Source: an uncultured Candidatus Saccharibacteria bacterium
Lineage (GTDB): Bacteria > Patescibacteriota > Saccharimonadia > CAILAD01 > GCA-016700035
DNA length: 58,748 bases
Assembly (NCBI GenBank): GCA_964454845.1
Contig: CAYVVS010000004.1
Span: forward strand, 1 to 58,748
Direction: 5' to 3'
Below the pieces are notes generated by a model, which searched no databases, had not been told where the DNA came from, and saw only the letters and a list, made by a program, of their open reading frames with translations. The translations under genes and the position numbers were made by a program. Shown here one piece after another: positions 44,105 through 53,617 of this stretch (the stretch's first letter is position 1; each line of letters starts with the position of its first letter).

Positions 44105-45805
44105 ATGCCTACCGCCAAACAGCCCAACAAACCCGCCCGACAATACGTTGATGAGCTCACGTATCGCTCCCTAGTGCGCCTCAGTACTGCTTTTGAAGTG
44201 CTCGGGCTTGTTATTGCACTCATGATACAGATATTTCTCCCATCAGCCCAGCTAGCTCCTCAATATTCTATCCCAGCTGTAGCATTGCTGGCGATAGGAT
44301 TAGGTTACAACGCCTTTGTGTGGAAGGGCTGGCACAACAAGCGACCCCAACTAGCCCTACAAATCGCCGTACTTCCGCCGATTATTTCCATACAGATAGC
44401 GGCAGCAGCAACCGGAGGAGTGAATTCCGATTGGTATTACCTGTGGCTGATTGCCGTGGTATGCAGCGGCGTTGCTGGTACGGTCGGCGCTTATGTAGCA
44501 GCATTTTTAACCACAACCTTTTGGCTCTATAGCTGGCTTTTCACCTCAACGAGCATCAGCCTAGAAGAAAGCTTCTTTAAGCTTATCGCGACCCTCATAG
44601 GTATCGCAGCCGCCTTCTTTATTGGGCGAGGCGTGAATCGCATGATTAAAACCATGCGTGTTGCAGAAGGCCTCACGCGACAACTGGATGGTGCTGAGAT
44701 GCGTACACAACTGATGATGAGCTCGATCGCAGATGTTGTGGTGGCAGTTGATACCGACCGTAAAGTGATTATCTTTAACGAAGCCGCTCAGGCCTCAACC
44801 GGATGGGATCAAAATAGTGCCATGGGCGTGGACTACAACCTCATCTTTAAGCTCAAAGACCAAAATGATGCCGAGCTTACCGAAGCCACCGATCCATTCC
44901 TACAGGTGCTCAAATCTGGGCAAGCACAATCAGTTGATAAGTACTACATGCTTAATAAAAATAATCAAAAAATTTCATTTTCTATCACCATCGCACCATC
45001 GCTTGACTCAAAAGGACAAACAAGCGGTGCTATAGCCATCTTCCATGATATTTCAGACCAAAAAGCAGTTGCTCGCGAACGCAACGAGTTTATTTCGACC
45101 GCCTCGCACGAAATGCGCACCCCAGTTGCCGCAATCGAGGGATATCTCTCTATGGCAATGAACCCAACCCTGGCTACGATTGATGAGCGTGCTAAAACCT
45201 TTATCGGTAAAGCTCACGACGCCAGCTTGCACCTAGGAAAGTTGTTCCGAGATCTATTGTCAGTCACAAAAATTGAAGATAACCGCATGATTATCAATCG
45301 CCGCCGCTTTAACATCACCGAACTGATGAACCAAGTTGTGGGTGAAATGGAAATGATTGCGAAAAATAAGAACATTAAAATCCTCACCCATTTCGACAGC
45401 GGTGGGCTTGGACGTCAGCTGGTAGTGGCACCAAGCTATGAGGTGAATGCCGACCCAGACCGCATACGAGAAGTTATTTCAAACCTCATCGACAACGCCA
45501 TAAAATATTCTAAAGAGAGCACCACAATCGATGTTTCACTGAAGGCTGATAAGAAGTTCATTACTTTTTCAGTAACCGACATGGGTATTGGTATCACGCC
45601 AGAAGATCAAAAGCACTTGTTCCAAAAATTTTACCGAGTTAACAACTCCTTTACGCGCGATGTCGGTGGCACCGGCCTAGGTCTCTATATTGCTCGTAAC
45701 CTCATCGAACAATTTGGTGGTAAAATCTGGGTCAATTCTCAAGAGGGGAAGGGAAGCACTTTTTCCTTCACTCTGCCGTTAGATGCCGATGTAGCAGCAG
45801 CCTAA
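44105..45805 (+). CDS. Sensor histidine kinase (multi-TM, PAS, HisKA, HATPase_c)
   Basis: About 6 TM helices and a PAS-like region. H-box SHEMRTP, N-box DNAIKYS, G-box GTGLGLYIARNL. Confidence 0.92.
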   Translation: MPTAKQPNKPARQYVDELTYRSLVRLSTAFEVLGLVIALMIQIFLPSAQLAPQYSIPAVALLAIGLGYNAFVWKGWHNKRPQLALQIAVLPPIISIQIAAAATGGVNSDWYYLWLIAVVCSGVAGTVGAYVAAFLTTTFWLYSWLFTSTSISLEESFFKLIATLIGIAAAFFIGRGVNRMIKTMRVAEGLTRQLDGAEMRTQLMMSSIADVVVAVDTDRKVIIFNEAAQASTGWDQNSAMGVDYNLIFKLKDQNDAELTEATDPFLQVLKSGQAQSVDKYYMLNKNNQKISFSITIAPSLDSKGQTSGAIAIFHDISDQKAVARERNEFISTASHEMRTPVAAIEGYLSMAMNPTLATIDERAKTFIGKAHDASLHLGKLFRDLLSVTKIEDNRMIINRRRFNITELMNQVVGEMEMIAKNKNIKILTHFDSGGLGRQLVVAPSYEVNADPDRIREVISNLIDNAIKYSKESTTIDVSLKADKKFITFSVTDMGIGITPEDQKHLFQKFYRVNNSFTRDVGGTGLGLYIARNLIEQFGGKIWVNSQEGKGSTFSFTLPLDADVAAA

Positions 45806-45875
45806 CTTGCGCCATCTGGCTACATTCATCTAGAATAAGCGTAAGAAATTAGCAGACAACTAGAGAGGGAAATCC

Positions 45876-46313
45876 ATGACTAAAATTTTACTGGTCGAAG
45901 ACGACGTTAACTTGCGAGATATTTACTTTGCTCGCTTCCAGGCAGAGGGCTACGACCTTGCGGTCGCTTCGAACGGAGAAGAGGCCCTAGCAACAGCTGT
46001 AAAGGAAAAGCCAAATCTGATTATTCTAGATGTCATGATGCCGCGAATTTCCGGCTTTGACGTGCTTGATATCCTGCGCTCAACACCAGAAACAGCCCAC
46101 ACCAAAGTAATTATGATGACAGCGCTATCCGAACAGGCCGACAAAGACCGCGGCAAAAGCCTTGGCGTTGACGAATATCTCGTAAAAAGTCAGGTGACCC
46201 TCGAAGACGTAGTTGCTACCGTAAAGAAGACACTTGGCGGAGAAAGTAGTGCAAAAGCCGCGCCAGCCGATAACGCCGCGCCAAAAGACGATACCAAGCC
46301 AGCTGCCGCCTAG
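45876..46313 (+). CDS. Stand-alone receiver-domain response regulator (CheY-like) with Ala/Pro-rich tail
   Basis: ILLVEDD...ILDVMMP...MMTA..K receiver motifs. No output domain. Confidence 0.9.
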   Translation: MTKILLVEDDVNLRDIYFARFQAEGYDLAVASNGEEALATAVKEKPNLIILDVMMPRISGFDVLDILRSTPETAHTKVIMMTALSEQADKDRGKSLGVDEYLVKSQVTLEDVVATVKKTLGGESSAKAAPADNAAPKDDTKPAAA

Positions 46314-46350
46314 CTTCGTTTTCAGATGACAATCTGGTAAAATAGGTGGC

Positions 46351-47670
46351 ATGAAAATAACACGTACCCTCGTACGCGATCTAGCCACACACACCGATCA
46401 AACAGTTACTATCCAGGGCTGGCTTCACAAGCGCCGCCTGCTTGGTGGTTTAAATTTTATCGTGGTGCGCGATCGGTCAGGGATAGTCCAAATTTTGGTA
46501 GAAGAAAAAGCCGAGGTCGAAAAATTGCGCGGCCTACAGGTAGGGACAGTATTGCAAGTAACTGGACAGGTCTGGAAAGATGATCGAGCACCGGGCGGCG
46601 TGGAAATTCACGAGCCTACACTATCGGTTATCGTACCCGTTACTGAAGAGCCGATCATCGAAATCGATAAGCCAATTAGCCACAAACCAGAGCATTTAGA
46701 AACCCTTCTTGATACACGAGTAGTTGGCCTCCGTAACTTGCAAGAGCAAAAGATTTTTAAGATTCGTTCCGGCGTGAATACTATTTTGCGTAACTACCTC
46801 ACCGCACAAGAGTACGTTGAGATTCAAACCCCTAAGCTGCTCGCCGAAGCCACAGAGGGGGGAGCTGAGGTGTTTAAATTAGACTATTTTGGAAAAGAAG
46901 CCACCCTGGCACAAAGTCCACAATTTTATAAGCAAATTATGGTAGGCGTTTTTGAGCGAGTTTTTGAGATTGGCCCGGTTTATCGCGCCGAACCATCCGC
47001 CACCACGCGCCACGTTTCAGAAGTCACCATGCTCGACATCGAGCTTGGCTACATCACAAACCACAATGATGTTCTCGAAGCTGTACAGGCCATGGCCTAC
47101 AATGCACTCACCAAAGCGTACGACCAATTTGCTGATGAACTTCGTAGCTTAAATGCACCGGCGCTTACGCTCACAGAGACGTTTCCGCGCTACACCGTTG
47201 CCGAAGTACACGAACTCTACACCGAAGCCGGCAACGAGAGTACGGTTGGTGAAAAAGATCTACGCCCAGACGAAGAGCGCTTTATTTGCGACTACGCCAA
47301 AAAGCATGATGGCTCTGAGGCAGTGTTTGTTACCGAAATGCCAATCGAAACGCATAAGTTTTACCAGATGATTAACCCCGAAAACCCACAGACGGTTCTC
47401 TCGGCCGATCTCTTGTTCCGTGGTGTAGAAATTGCCACCTGCCCAATGCGAGAACACAATTACGATAAGCTTATCGCGCAAATGAAAGACAAGGGGCTCA
47501 ACCCAAGTGACCCCGGCTTTACTCACTATTTAACTGCATTTAAATTTGGCCTACCGCCACACGGCGGTTGTGGCTTTGGCATTGATCGATTTGTTGAAAA
47601 AATTATTGGTCTGGCTAACGTTAAAGAAGCCATCCTCTTCCCGCGCGACATTAACCGTCTAACTCCGTAA
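46351..47670 (+). CDS. aspS: Aspartate--tRNA ligase, archaeal/eukaryal type (type 2)
   Basis: 439 aa. OB-fold N-terminus, class II motif 2 block YRAEPSATTRHVSE, C-terminal GFGIDRFV...LFPRDINRLTP. TGGTAAAAT lies 7 nt before the ATG. Confidence 0.85.
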   Translation: MKITRTLVRDLATHTDQTVTIQGWLHKRRLLGGLNFIVVRDRSGIVQILVEEKAEVEKLRGLQVGTVLQVTGQVWKDDRAPGGVEIHEPTLSVIVPVTEEPIIEIDKPISHKPEHLETLLDTRVVGLRNLQEQKIFKIRSGVNTILRNYLTAQEYVEIQTPKLLAEATEGGAEVFKLDYFGKEATLAQSPQFYKQIMVGVFERVFEIGPVYRAEPSATTRHVSEVTMLDIELGYITNHNDVLEAVQAMAYNALTKAYDQFADELRSLNAPALTLTETFPRYTVAEVHELYTEAGNESTVGEKDLRPDEERFICDYAKKHDGSEAVFVTEMPIETHKFYQMINPENPQTVLSADLLFRGVEIATCPMREHNYDKLIAQMKDKGLNPSDPGFTHYLTAFKFGLPPHGGCGFGIDRFVEKIIGLANVKEAILFPRDINRLTP

Positions 47671-47700
47671 TACCATAACTCTTTTCGGTATACTATAACT

Positions 47701-48387
47701 ATGACCACCGCCCAAAACTACACTGTGGCGCTACCTCACTTTGAGGGGCCACTCGAGTTGTTGCTCAACTTAATCGAACGGCGTGAGTTGGAGATTACCG
47801 AGCTTTCCATTAGTCAGGTCACTGGCGATTATCTCGCTACTATTACTGCGCTCGAAAAAGCCCACTCTGATGACCTACGTTGGTTTTTAGATATTGGCAG
47901 CAAGCTAGTGGCATATAAAACTCGAGCCATTCGAAAAGAGCAAAATGGCCCTGAAGAAGACGCACAGAGTCTTGCAGATCTAGCAGGCGAACTTGAACGC
48001 TACCAAATGTGGCGCTTGGCTGCACAAAAACTTCAGACCCTTTTTGGCAGCCCGTTGGCCGTACGCCCAACCCAGCCAACACCTGGCAAGACTAAGCCCA
48101 AGAATCTCAGCATAGCCTCTCTCACCACAGCCTGGCGCAGTATTACAGCCCAAAAGCCTCGCAAAATTGCCCCCGTGCACACAGTCTCTATTTCGCGAGC
48201 CGATATTAAACGCACTATGCAGGCACTACTTTCTCGTGTCACTACTCAGCAAAGCCTAGAACAAACCCTTAGCTCAAATAGCAGGCGTACTAAAACTCTC
48301 AGTCTTTTAGCACTACTAGAACTCGTAAAGCAAGACTTAATCGAACTTGTGTTTGACCAAGAGAAAACCTATGTCAAAGCAGCCTAA
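47701..48387 (+). CDS. scpA: Segregation and condensation protein A
   Basis: LPHFEGPLELLLNLIERRELEITELSISQVTGDYL is a canonical ScpA N-terminus. TATACT lies 6 nt before the ATG. Confidence 0.9.
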   Translation: MTTAQNYTVALPHFEGPLELLLNLIERRELEITELSISQVTGDYLATITALEKAHSDDLRWFLDIGSKLVAYKTRAIRKEQNGPEEDAQSLADLAGELERYQMWRLAAQKLQTLFGSPLAVRPTQPTPGKTKPKNLSIASLTTAWRSITAQKPRKIAPVHTVSISRADIKRTMQALLSRVTTQQSLEQTLSSNSRRTKTLSLLALLELVKQDLIELVFDQEKTYVKAA

Positions 48388-48901
48388 CATCACACAACAC
48401 ATCGAAGCAGCCTTATTTGTAAGTAGCAGCCCAATTACCACAGCGGAACTTGCAAAAAAGCTCCATCTGCAAAAAGAGGATGTTCAGCTGGCACTTGGTG
48501 AGCTAGAAAAGACGCTACAAAATCGGGGAATTTGCCTCGTAAAAAGCAGCGGTGGCTACGAGCTAGCGGTAATACCGCCGCTACGAGACGCTATAGCGGC
48601 TTTCACAGGTGACAGCGCGCCAACACTTTCGCAATCAAGCTTAGAAGTTCTTACCATCATTGCCTACGAAGGACCATGTGCAAAATCAATCATCGATGAC
48701 ATCCGCGGCACGCCCAGCGACAACTCGCTGCGAGCCTTGCTGAGCCGCGACCTCGTAACTCAAATAAAACCACGAGGAGATGAAGAGAGCATGCGCTACG
48801 AGCTTACCAGTTTTGCTTGGCGCAGCCTTGGCATAACTGGTCGAGGTGCGTTACCGCCAAAACCACGTTCTAAGAATCGAGGCAGCTATGCGGCTGAATA
48901 A
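48371..48901 (+). CDS. scpB: Segregation and condensation protein B
   Basis: IEAALFVSSSPITTAELAK... and a second winged helix (LEVLTIIAYEGPCAKSIIDDIRG). Start chosen at MSKQPN. Confidence 0.88.
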   Translation: MSKQPNITQHIEAALFVSSSPITTAELAKKLHLQKEDVQLALGELEKTLQNRGICLVKSSGGYELAVIPPLRDAIAAFTGDSAPTLSQSSLEVLTIIAYEGPCAKSIIDDIRGTPSDNSLRALLSRDLVTQIKPRGDEESMRYELTSFAWRSLGITGRGALPPKPRSKNRGSYAAE

Positions 48902-49571
48902 ATGGCTGGTGCTCGCAGGAGCTGCCAGCTCTCGTCGCAAGGCCGATGAGCTGATCGCCGCTGGCAAAATACTCCGCAACGGGCACGTCGCCGAAGCCGG
49001 TGAGCAAGCTCTTACCAAAGACACCATCACACTTGATGGAGAAAGCCTGCGCATCACAGCAGAAGCCCCCCGCATCATTGCTTTTTATAAACCCCGAGAT
49101 GTTATCTCTTCACACACTCGACAAGGCAAGCGCAACAAAATTGTGTTTGATTTTTTACCTCTTGGCTGGCACCGCGACATTATTGTTGGCCGCCTCGATC
49201 GCGATAGCGAGGGATTGATGCTCCTCACCAATGATGGAGCCCTCGCCCATGAGCTGATGCACCCATCGTTTGGTGTGCAGCGCGTCTATCAGGTTACCAC
49301 CAAGCAGCCACTGACCGATAACGATATGAATTTGCTGGTAAGCGGCATTGAGCTTGAGGATGGCACAAGCCGCGCAATTAGCGCCACTCGCGACGGTGAG
49401 AGACGCGTGCGCATCACTCTTGAAGAAGGCCGCAACCGGCAAATTCGACGCAGCCTTGATGCGCTCGGACACACCGTAACACGTCTCGTACGCATTCAGC
49501 ATGGCCCTTATGTGCTTGAAGGCCTACAACCGGGCGAATGGCGTGAAGTAAGTCAGAAGGAAGCATCATGA
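48888..49571 (+). CDS. Pseudouridine synthase, RsuA/RluB family
   Basis: S4 domain (MRLNKWLVLAGAASSRRKADELI) and the catalytic block GRLDRDSEGLMLLTNDG. Confidence 0.9.
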   Translation: MRLNKWLVLAGAASSRRKADELIAAGKILRNGHVAEAGEQALTKDTITLDGESLRITAEAPRIIAFYKPRDVISSHTRQGKRNKIVFDFLPLGWHRDIIVGRLDRDSEGLMLLTNDGALAHELMHPSFGVQRVYQVTTKQPLTDNDMNLLVSGIELEDGTSRAISATRDGERRVRITLEEGRNRQIRRSLDALGHTVTRLVRIQHGPYVLEGLQPGEWREVSQKEAS

Positions 49572-50443
49572 AAGAAATTTCTGCCGCGCTCATGTCTATC
49601 AGCATTGCTGCATTCGGACTACTGCCATTCACGCCAAGTCCAAGTTCAACCTCAGTCCAAACCGGCAATTACGCGCCCATCACCACCGAGCAAGCGCCAT
49701 CGGACTACAGCGTTAATGCGCCGTCAGCTTACATCGAAGACGCCCGCACAAGGTCAGTACTATTTGAAAAATCAGCAAATGAAAAGCGGCCCATAGCCAG
49801 CCTCACTAAGCTCATGACGGTGTTCCTTATTTTGCGTGATAAAAACCTCGACGAGCTGGTAACTATTCCTAAAGATGTTTCGGCAGTCCAAGGTGGGGGG
49901 TCGGTAGTAATTAATCTAGTGCCGGGCGATAAAATGACTGCTCGTCAGCTTGTCCAAGCGGCTCTCATACCTTCCGCCAATGATGCTGCTATCTCACTCG
50001 CAGTTTGGCACAGTGGTTCAGTCAATGACTTCGTTGCAAAAATGAACGACACAGCCCGCAGCCTCGGCATGGAAAACACAAATTTTGAGAATCCGACTGG
50101 TCTAGACACCGTCGGGCACGTATCGACTGCTCATGATTTAACCCTGCTTACACATTATTTGCTTGAAGATGATTTTTTCCGACAAACAGTAAATACTGAG
50201 AGCGCCACGATTACGTCCGAAAAGGGCCGGAAGTATCCTCTTAATACCACCAACGAGCTGCTCCTCAATGCGCCGAGCGTGCGCGGCGTGAAGACTGGGT
50301 ACACGCAGGCTGCTGGAGAATGCCTCGTAACCCTGTCCGAACGCGAGGGAAGAGAGGTGATCACAGTAGTGCTAGGAAGCAGTGACCGTTTCGGAGAATC
50401 AAGAAATATGATAAACTTGGCATTCGGTTTAAATTATGAATAA
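49568..50443 (+). CDS. D-alanyl-D-alanine carboxypeptidase (peptidase S11, PBP5-like)
   Basis: SxxK (ASLTKLMT), SxN (PSANDAA) and KTG (VKTGYT) motifs. N-terminal signal/anchor. Confidence 0.88.
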   Translation: MKEISAALMSISIAAFGLLPFTPSPSSTSVQTGNYAPITTEQAPSDYSVNAPSAYIEDARTRSVLFEKSANEKRPIASLTKLMTVFLILRDKNLDELVTIPKDVSAVQGGGSVVINLVPGDKMTARQLVQAALIPSANDAAISLAVWHSGSVNDFVAKMNDTARSLGMENTNFENPTGLDTVGHVSTAHDLTLLTHYLLEDDFFRQTVNTESATITSEKGRKYPLNTTNELLLNAPSVRGVKTGYTQAAGECLVTLSEREGREVITVVLGSSDRFGESRNMINLAFGLNYE

Positions 50444-51776
50444 AACAGCCCATATACCTGTCATTGCACTCGTCGGCGTACCAAATGTTGGTAAGTCGAG
50501 CTTGGTGAACCGACTTTTAGGTAGTCGAGCCACGATTATCCACGATCAAAGTCATACTACCCGAGATATTACGCGACACATTGTTGAGTGGGAAGGGCGC
50601 ACTGCATATCTTCAAGACACTCCTGGATTCGGCAACACCAAAGATGTTTTGACTCAAGCCGCACAGGAACAACTCGCAAGTTCACTCAAAACAGCTGATG
50701 TGATTCTCTTTGTCGTCGACAGCACTCAAGCCCACATCACTGAAGCCGAAAAGAAACTCGCACGTACCATCCGATCTCTAGATAGGCCAACTTTTTTACT
50801 CCTGAACAAATCAGATAAGATGCCGGTTAATACGAGTCACTTCCGGGCTCTTGGCGTTGAAGACGCGCTACCAGTTTCAGCTCATCATGGCGAGGGCATT
50901 GAGGAACTTAAAATCCTCGTAGCAAAAAATCTCCCTACTTCTACAGCTGGAGGACAAGTGGTGCCGCACTTAAAGATTGCCATACTTGGCCGTCCAAACG
51001 TAGGTAAGTCCAGCCTTATCAATAAACTAAGCGGCGAAGAAGCAGCTATTGTATCTGAAATTGCGGGTACCACCCGCGATCCAGTGAATATCACCATTAC
51101 TCACGAGGGTAAGCAGCTACTCATTACAGACACAGCCGGACTACGCAAGCCAGGCAAAATCGGTCGTGATATAGAATATTTTTCATTAGCCCGCACCCGC
51201 CAAGTAGTGAATGGGGCAGATGTATGCGTGCTGATTGTCGATGCCACAGAAGCTGCCACCAGCCAAGACCAACGCATCGCAGGCATTATTCGCGAATCCG
51301 GTAAAGGCCTGGTGCTAGCTGTCAATAAGTCAGATGAACTCACAGGAGAAGACCGTCAGAGTATGCGCCTCGAGCGACGACTCCAGCGCGAGTTTGAATT
51401 TGTGTGGTGGGCGCCGTATGTACTCATTTCGGCACAAACCGGCAAGAACCTGGATAAGCTTATCGAACAAATCTGTGAGGTTGGCGAAAAAACTCAGCAA
51501 AAACTCCGCACCAAGGAGATAAATGATGCCCTGCAGGCCGCCATGAGCTCTAAGCCACCGGCCGCAACTGGTAATTTGCGCCCTAAACTCAACTACGCCA
51601 CTCAAACTGGTAATTTGCCGCTCGAGATCACTATCTATGGCACACACCCTGATGCTATTCACTTTAGCTATCGACGCTATCTAGAAAACCAATTGCGAGA
51701 AAAGTTCGATTTGCATGGTGTGCCTATAAAGCTTATCTTTAAGAGTAAGTATGGCCACAAACTCGACAACGACTAA
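50436..51776 (+). CDS. der: Ribosome-associated GTPase Der/EngA
   Basis: Two tandem G domains (GVPNVGKSSL and GRPNVGKSSL) plus a KH-like C-terminus. Confidence 0.93.
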   Translation: MNKTAHIPVIALVGVPNVGKSSLVNRLLGSRATIIHDQSHTTRDITRHIVEWEGRTAYLQDTPGFGNTKDVLTQAAQEQLASSLKTADVILFVVDSTQAHITEAEKKLARTIRSLDRPTFLLLNKSDKMPVNTSHFRALGVEDALPVSAHHGEGIEELKILVAKNLPTSTAGGQVVPHLKIAILGRPNVGKSSLINKLSGEEAAIVSEIAGTTRDPVNITITHEGKQLLITDTAGLRKPGKIGRDIEYFSLARTRQVVNGADVCVLIVDATEAATSQDQRIAGIIRESGKGLVLAVNKSDELTGEDRQSMRLERRLQREFEFVWWAPYVLISAQTGKNLDKLIEQICEVGEKTQQKLRTKEINDALQAAMSSKPPAATGNLRPKLNYATQTGNLPLEITIYGTHPDAIHFSYRRYLENQLREKFDLHGVPIKLIFKSKYGHKLDND

Positions 51777-52308
51777 ACCTCGACCAGCACTGATCGTTGG
51801 GCTCGGGAATCCAGGTAAAAAATATACGTATACACGCCATAATATTGGCTTTTTGGCGGTAGAAGCGCTTGCTAGACAGCATCATGCCAACTGGCACGAC
51901 AAACCTGCCTGGTGCGCTGAGGTAGCAGAGCTCGCTCCGCAGGTATTTGCCGTCAAGCCCACCACCTATATGAACGAGTCGGGAAGGGCAGTGCGTGCGC
52001 TAGCCGATTACTACGATGTCCCGCAGAGTCACATCTGCCTGGTGTATGACGATCGAGATCTGCCATTTGGCAAATTGCGCTGGACAGCCGGATTTCGCAC
52101 TGGAGCCAGCCATAATGGTGTAAGGTCGGTTGCGCATCTAGTTGGTAAAAGCTTTTCCAGACTTCGCTTTGGGGTAGGGAACGCAACAATGCAGCACATG
52201 CCACTCGATAAATTTGTCTTGCAAGAGTTCAACGCTTTCGAAAAATCTATACTCGACGAGCAAATTACACTCACGACGGCCGAGCTCACCACTCACTTTC
52301 ACTTATAA
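51751..52308 (+). CDS. pth: Peptidyl-tRNA hydrolase
   Basis: LIVGLGNPGKKYTYTRHNIGF is a canonical Pth N-terminus. Confidence 0.92.
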   Translation: MATNSTTTKPRPALIVGLGNPGKKYTYTRHNIGFLAVEALARQHHANWHDKPAWCAEVAELAPQVFAVKPTTYMNESGRAVRALADYYDVPQSHICLVYDDRDLPFGKLRWTAGFRTGASHNGVRSVAHLVGKSFSRLRFGVGNATMQHMPLDKFVLQEFNAFEKSILDEQITLTTAELTTHFHL

Positions 52309-52370
52309 AGCAGGCCATGCCACTCATGCTCGCTTTTTGTTCGTATTATTTGCTACACTGTTTTATAGAT

Positions 52371-52417
52371 AAATGAAAAGACCACACCAGTAAAAAACCA
52401 ATGTGGACTTTTCATTT
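52371..52417. repeat. Long imperfect inverted repeat/hairpin 1 in the pth-dprA spacer
   Basis: AAATGAAAAGACCACA (52371-52386) pairs with TGTGGACTTTTCATTT (52402-52417): 16-bp arms, one central mismatch, 15-nt A-rich loop. Confidence 0.6.
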
Positions 52418-52483
52418 ACCCCTTCCATATCACCATAAAGGATTTTGCGGCCGTCACTAAATATTCTATACAGCCGTGACTAT

Positions 52484-52570
52484 GGAAGAGAGCGATCTGC
52501 TAACGCGGTTGAACCTAAAGGAGGGTGAGTTTTAGGATATGGCCCCGCAATTAGCAGATCGCTCGCTTCC
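52484..52570. repeat. Long imperfect inverted repeat/hairpin 2 (87 nt, candidate structured RNA)
   Basis: GGAAGAGAGCGATCTGCTAA (52484-52503) pairs with TTAGCAGATCGCTCGCTTCC (52551-52570), 19/20 complementary. Inner helices GCGG/CCGC and CCTAAA/TTTAGG. Confidence 0.6.
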
Positions 52571-52638
52571 AGAACAAATGGTAAGTTGTTGTGGTACGGA
52601 CGTATATTATCACGTTATGATAATATTGTCAATAGTAT

Positions 52639-53556
52639 TTGTCAGAGGAATTTAATTTTACAGAATATATGTCAGATAACGCAAGCACTACTACTATGCA
52701 AGTAATTGAACTCTCAAGCAAGAATTATCCTGCAGAACTTAAGACTATCTATAATCCTCCTAAAGAGCTTCATATTTACGGAATGCTTCCGGCCCAACCA
52801 ATGGTAGCGATTGTTGGCTCCAGAAAACCCACTCCATATGGAGAAATGGTAGGTTACCGCATTGCTTCAGACCTCGCCAAAGCTGGCGTGTGTATTGTGA
52901 GCGGTCTAGCCTACGGAATTGACGGCATCGTACATCAGGCAGCGCTCGAGGCCGGCGGTACAACAGTTGCAGTCCTTGGATCGGGCATCGACAAACTCTA
53001 TCCTGCAGCCCATAAGCCTTTAGCCCGACAAATAGTACAGACAGGCGGAGCAATTATCACTGAATACCCAAACGGAACCCCGCCGCTCAAACATCATTTT
53101 CCAGCACGAAACCGTATCATTGCCGGACTATCAGCAGCTACCGTCGTGCCTGAAGCCGACGCAAAATCTGGCTCACTCATTACTGCCCAATTGGCGCTTG
53201 AAGAAAATCGCATAGTTTGCGCTGTGCCTGGCCCGATTACTAGCGCGCGATCGGCTGGCCCCAACAACCTCTTAAAAGCCGGAGCTGTAGCCACAACTTC
53301 TGCGGCCGATATCTGCTCGCTCCTCGGTATCGATACCGATACAAGCACGCAAAAACACCCATCCACTACAGAACTGAGTCAATATGCCAAAGATATCCTC
53401 ACAGCCCTCCAATCTGGTGCCACTACTACCGAAGATTTAGCGACTTCTACTAAAATTACTGTTCCAGCCCTCCTAAGCACACTCACACTACTAGAAATAC
53501 AAAACTACGTACGCTGTTCCGGTGGTAATTTATGGATGAGCACGACTGAGATTTGA
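52639..53556 (+). CDS. dprA: DNA-processing protein DprA
   Basis: GSRKPTPYG...GLAYGIDGIVHQAAL...ARNRIIAGLS Rossmann-like DprA core and a C-terminal winged helix. TTG start as in the track; ATG 52669 is an alternative. Confidence 0.9.
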   Translation: MSEEFNFTEYMSDNASTTTMQVIELSSKNYPAELKTIYNPPKELHIYGMLPAQPMVAIVGSRKPTPYGEMVGYRIASDLAKAGVCIVSGLAYGIDGIVHQAALEAGGTTVAVLGSGIDKLYPAAHKPLARQIVQTGGAIITEYPNGTPPLKHHFPARNRIIAGLSAATVVPEADAKSGSLITAQLALEENRIVCAVPGPITSARSAGPNNLLKAGAVATTSAADICSLLGIDTDTSTQKHPSTTELSQYAKDILTALQSGATTTEDLATSTKITVPALLSTLTLLEIQNYVRCSGGNLWMSTTEI

Positions 53557-53617
53557 CAAGGTCGAGCTTCGCCCCGTACAATCGGCGAGCTACGTAGTAC
53601 AAACGTAACTATTTTTT

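Noticed and set aside
52484-52570. Possibility that the 87-nt hairpin is the SRP (4.5S) RNA
   Set aside because: It lacks the conserved GNRA-capped domain IV sequence (GGAA tetraloop with flanking AGCA/GGA loop motifs). Its apical loop is an 11-nt GGAGGGTGAGT. I also saw no RNase P (GAGGAAAGUCC) or tmRNA signatures anywhere in the window.
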